DNA from: Nitrospirota bacterium
Lineage (GTDB): Bacteria > Nitrospirota > Thermodesulfovibrionia > Thermodesulfovibrionales > JdFR-88
Reading direction: 5' to 3'
Length of the DNA: 64,000 nucleotides
Assembly (NCBI GenBank): GCA_021813405.1
Contig: JAKAKS010000024.1
Location: 53,642 to 117,641 of the forward strand
How positions within the stretch are numbered: position 1 is the stretch's first letter; each line of letters opens with the position of its first letter. A program made the translations under genes and the position numbers. Shown one piece after another: positions 61,059-64,000 of the stretch. Below the pieces are notes generated by a model. That model did not search any database. It was given only the letters and a program-made list of their open reading frames with translations, and had not been told where the DNA came from.

Positions 61059-62088
61059 GCCGGACCGGATATTGCTGGGGCACGGCAGCGGTGGCCGGCT
61101 GATGAGGAGGCTTGTAGATGAACTTATCGTAAAAGAGTTTGGCATGAAAGGGCCGCTGCTGGATTCCGCACTCCTTCATCTGGACGGGAAATTTACTGCG
61201 GAAAACTCACGCCTTGCATTTACCACGGACAGCTACGTTGTATCTCCTGTCTTTTTTGAAGGCGGCAATATAGGTGACCTTGCCGTAAACGGCACCATAA
61301 ACGATCTGGCTGTCTGCGGCGCGGAGCCGCTAGCCATCTCCGCCGGGTTCATAATCGAAGAGGGTTTCCCCCTGGAGGACCTGAAAAAGATAACATCCAC
61401 AATGGCAAAGGCTGCCCGGCTGGCCGGCGTGCGGATTGTTACCGGCGATACAAAGGTGGTGGAAAAAGGCAAGGGAGACGGCATCTTCATAAACACATCC
61501 GGAATAGGCATTGCAGCAAGCGGCGTAAACCTTTCCCCCCGCAATATCAGCCCTGGTGACGTTATCATTGTAAGCGGCGACGTGGGCAGGCATGGCATCT
61601 CGGTGATGGCCATAAGAAACGGCGTAGATTTTGAGCCGCCACTTGCCAGCGATACCAGGCCCTTAAACGGGCTTGTAAATGCCATGCTGCGCCTGAAGGG
61701 AGCGCTTAAGGTAATGCGGGACCCAACAAGGGGAGGGCTGGCCACGGTGCTCAAGGAATTCGCGATGGATTCCGGGCTGGCTATGGTGATACGGGAAAAA
61801 GACATCCCGGCGCACCCTTCCGTAAGGGGCGCGTGCAGCCTTCTGGGGCTGGACCCTCTGTATGCGGCTTCGGAAGGCGTTCTGATGGCGGTTATCGCGC
61901 CCGGATCGGCTGATGGCATGCTGGAAATCATGAAAACAAACACGGCGGGGTCCGCTTCTGCTATTATAGGCGGCGTGGTTGAGCCGGGCCGTGATTGTCC
62001 TTCCGGCTCTGTTGTCCTGGAGACCGCTGCCGGGGGCCAGAGAATGCTTGATATGCTTTCGGGGGAGCAGCTGCCAAGGATTTGCTAA
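61051..62088 (+). CDS. hypE: Hydrogenase maturation factor HypE
   Basis: GTG start with a GGAGGG Shine-Dalgarno sequence. AIR-synthase-like fold and the canonical C-terminal PRIC. Confidence 0.9.
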   Translation: MDKPDRILLGHGSGGRLMRRLVDELIVKEFGMKGPLLDSALLHLDGKFTAENSRLAFTTDSYVVSPVFFEGGNIGDLAVNGTINDLAVCGAEPLAISAGFIIEEGFPLEDLKKITSTMAKAARLAGVRIVTGDTKVVEKGKGDGIFINTSGIGIAASGVNLSPRNISPGDVIIVSGDVGRHGISVMAIRNGVDFEPPLASDTRPLNGLVNAMLRLKGALKVMRDPTRGGLATVLKEFAMDSGLAMVIREKDIPAHPSVRGACSLLGLDPLYAASEGVLMAVIAPGSADGMLEIMKTNTAGSASAIIGGVVEPGRDCPSGSVVLETAAGGQRMLDMLSGEQLPRIC

Positions 62089-62189
62089 TTGCCTGTTCTT
62101 GGTGACCCGTGTCATATTCCGATGCCGGCTAATTCCGTACAATTGATTAACTACACGCTGGATATTATTCAGCCGATTGGAAGGCCAGA

Positions 62190-62699
62190 ATGGACGCACC
62201 TGCAAAAGAACTTTTTGATAGAGGACTTGCCTTGCTTAAAAGAGGTGAAATGCTTATGGCGCTTCCCTTCTTCGAAAAATCTTTCACACTGGATCCTTCA
62301 AACAGCATGTGCTTGTCATATGTGGCGCTGCTGACGGGGCTTGAGCGCGGACTGGTGCTGGAAGCGATAGAGCTTGCCAAAAAGGCCATTGCGCAGTCAC
62401 CTGAAATGCCTGTTTTGTATATTAATCTGGGCAAGCTATATGCCAAGGCCGGAAAATATCAGGATGCTATGGATGCCATCCGCCAGAGCCTGACCTATGG
62501 TGTTATTCCCGAAGCGAAATTGATGTTGGACGAGATAAGCCCTCGAATGAGGCCTTTTTTCCCATTCCTTCAAAGGAGCAATTTTTTAAACAGATGGGCC
62601 GGCAAGCTGATGAAAAAAACCGGGCTCAGGCGGTTAAGGATGCCGGCGCAAAAGAAAAAGAGCTCCAAAATTCAACTGGTTGCTAAAAAAGGCTGGTAA
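62190..62699 (+). CDS. TPR-repeat protein with a basic C-terminal tail
   Basis: TPR-like helices (LFDRGLALLKRGEMLMALPFFEKSFTLDPSN; LYINLGKLYAKAGKYQDAMDAIRQSL). Confidence 0.6.
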   Translation: MDAPAKELFDRGLALLKRGEMLMALPFFEKSFTLDPSNSMCLSYVALLTGLERGLVLEAIELAKKAIAQSPEMPVLYINLGKLYAKAGKYQDAMDAIRQSLTYGVIPEAKLMLDEISPRMRPFFPFLQRSNFLNRWAGKLMKKTGLRRLRMPAQKKKSSKIQLVAKKGW

Positions 62700-62955
62700 G
62701 GCGAGCACTGGTTCCGCTCCATTCCCTTTTAACCAATTACAGAGGCAGTCAAGCAAAAACGCCTTATATTAAGAGGACGCGTTATGAATTTAAACCTTTA
62801 CGCAATGCGGTCTTTAAACTGACTCTCCCAATTTTTTAAATAACTTCAGGCGTTATTGCTTGTCAAAGAAATCTTTTTTCCATTAATGGCCTCAATTAAT
62901 TTATGGTGTCAATCCGTTGTATCGGACCTACCCCCATCCTTTGTGCCAGTCGTAA

Positions 62956-63768
62956 TTAGAGTACCCCAACCGCTTTTTCCTCTTCAAGCCTGATAAATTC
63001 TGCTGGCGTCAGATCGCCTAATGAGCTATGTGGCCGCTCATTGTTGTAATCGACCCGATAATCCTCCGCGATACTACGCGCATGCCCTACGCTCATGAAC
63101 CAATGGAGGTTCAGGCATTCGTCTCTGAACTTTCCGTTAAAGCTCTCCATATAAGCATTATCAACCGGCTTGCCTGGCCTGATGAAATGGAGTTTTATGC
63201 CGCGCTCATAGGGCCACGCATCCAGGGCATTACTGATGAACTCGGGGCCGTTGTCCACGACGATATTATCTGGGAGCCCGTGAATATCGGCTATCTGGTT
63301 TAAAACTGTGCAAACCCTCTTGCCGTTAATTGATGTATCTACCTCGATCTTGAAACACTGTTTTGTATATGTGTCGATAATCGGCAAAAATCTAAGCTTC
63401 CGTCCGCTGTATAGAGCATCCCGAAGAAAATCCATAGCCCATAGTTCGTTTGGCCTGTTTGCCTTTGGGATTTCAATCCTGCTCTGGGACGCCAGCTTCT
63501 TTCTCCTTCGAACACGTAAGGACAGCTTTTCCTCTCGGTATATCCGTTCTGTCCGCTTGTGATTCCTGACCAAGCCCTCTCTTTTTAGCATTATGTGAAT
63601 CCGCCGGCATCCAAACCGTTTCCGCTTTTCCGCAATCTCCTTCATGCGTTTGCGGAGGTTCTCATCTGTATCGGGACCAGGTTGGTACCGCAGTGTATTC
63701 CTGCATAACCCTACGAGGCCGCTAGCACGCCGCTGGCTCAGCCCAAAGCTTTCGATTATGAACGCCAC
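62956..63768 (-). CDS. IS3-family transposase OrfB (DDE/rve domain), normally expressed as an OrfAB fusion
   Basis: WAMDF ... DNGPEF ... ESFNGKFRDE pattern typical of the rve integrase core. Confidence 0.9.
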   Translation of the reverse strand: MAFIIESFGLSQRRASGLVGLCRNTLRYQPGPDTDENLRKRMKEIAEKRKRFGCRRIHIMLKREGLVRNHKRTERIYREEKLSLRVRRRKKLASQSRIEIPKANRPNELWAMDFLRDALYSGRKLRFLPIIDTYTKQCFKIEVDTSINGKRVCTVLNQIADIHGLPDNIVVDNGPEFISNALDAWPYERGIKLHFIRPGKPVDNAYMESFNGKFRDECLNLHWFMSVGHARSIAEDYRVDYNNERPHSSLGDLTPAEFIRLEEEKAVGVL

Positions 63769-63791
63769 GGCTTCTCTCCTTGCTTTGGGCC

Positions 63792-64000
63792 TTAGAAGTT
63801 TTTTGAGAGGACTTCTTTGAGCGCCAGATTATCAAGCGTGAGGTCTGCTACCAGATGCTTTAACCGCCGGTTTTCGTCTTCCAATTGCTTCAGCCGCTTT
63901 ACGTCGCTTGTGGCCATCCCTGCGTATTTGGCTTTCCAATTGTAAAAAGTGGCGTCGCTCATCCCGTATTTCCTGCAAAGATCACTGACCGAAATGCCTG
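63792..64000 (-). CDS. IS3-family transposase OrfA (partial; N-terminus outside the window)
   Basis: The minus-strand frame reads ...GISVSDLCRKYGMSDATFYNWKAKYAGMATSDVKRLKQLEDENRRLKHLVADLTLDNLALKEVLSKNF, stopping at 63792-63794. Confidence 0.85.
   Translation of the reverse strand, partial: GISVSDLCRKYGMSDATFYNWKAKYAGMATSDVKRLKQLEDENRRLKHLVADLTLDNLALKEVLSKNF
63798..63804 (-). other. Programmed -1 ribosomal frameshift heptamer A_AAA_AAC
   Basis: Minus strand reads TCAAAAAACTTCTAA. After a -1 slip the frame reads KKLLRPKARREAVAFIIESFG and continues into orfB. Confidence 0.7.

Larger units (their letters stand above)
62918..64000 (-). mobile_element. IS3-family insertion sequence, truncated by the window edge
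   Basis: orfA (HTH/leucine zipper) and orfB (DDE integrase core) are arranged with a -1 frameshift site. The proposed end, TGTATCGGACCTACCCCCATCC at about 62918, is a guess because the other end is outside the window. Confidence 0.8.

Noticed and set aside
62109-62117. Third copy of the CATGACATGA/TGTCAT motif upstream of the TPR gene
   Set aside because: Only the 9-mer GTGTCATAT matches. There is no second heptad at +14 and no CATGACATGA.

Overview
Chromosomal window from a moderately GC-rich, diderm (lipid A and outer-membrane genes present), probably anaerobic acetyl-CoA-pathway bacterium. I call about 60 protein genes. By eye I find no rRNA, tRNA or CRISPR array. Gene order, left to right: (1) a DHS-like gene, a pseudo-receiver/SPOR protein and an HDAC-family gene. 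(2) A Wood-Ljungdahl carbonyl-branch cluster, acsE-acsD-acsC ... acsB-acsA(cooS), interrupted by a four-gene NuoE/NuoF/NuoG-like flavin/FeS module whose NuoF-like subunit ends in a CBS pair. (3) selB. (4) A Zur-type unit (OM barrel, Fur-family regulator, TroABCD-like ABC importer) marked by a perfectly duplicated 21-bp box. (5) A low-GC single-gene island encoding a membrane-anchored Mrr-like nuclease with a topoisomerase-type zinc ribbon. (6) fabG-acpP-fabF-rnc, a ferredoxin, and a TPR/GT-C membrane protein. (7) An aminotransferase, era, a BFN nuclease and recO. (8) A minus-strand lipid A operon (gnnA/gnnB-like, lpxB, waaA, lpxK, yjbQ, a FAD protein). (9) An L,D-transpeptidase facing an Lpp/OprI-like lipoprotein that ends in Lys. 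(10) hypAB. (11) A DUF2950 gene paired with a Gly/Arg-rich secreted protein. (12) thrS-infC-rpmI-rplT-pheST, ribD, an HPP gene, a DUF488 gene and an OM barrel. (13) hypFDE, a TPR protein and an IS3-family element cut by the window edge. The signals most worth a second look: (a) the acs-embedded NuoEFG-like/CBS module, which has no catalytic partner of its own and sits in a cluster lacking cooC/acsF/RACo; (b) a roughly 190-nt MITE-like repeat whose first three bases are the TAG stop codon of two different genes, which carries a terminator hairpin, and whose 5' module also brackets the HPP cassette; (c) a roughly 50-nt upstream motif shared by the Mrr-like nuclease gene and the Gly-rich/DUF2950 operon; (d) the Ldt / Lpp-like pair; (e) three genes with a -10 hexamer exactly 7 nt before the start codon (apparently leaderless). 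All calls come from reading the sequence and the ORF translations. No database search was run.
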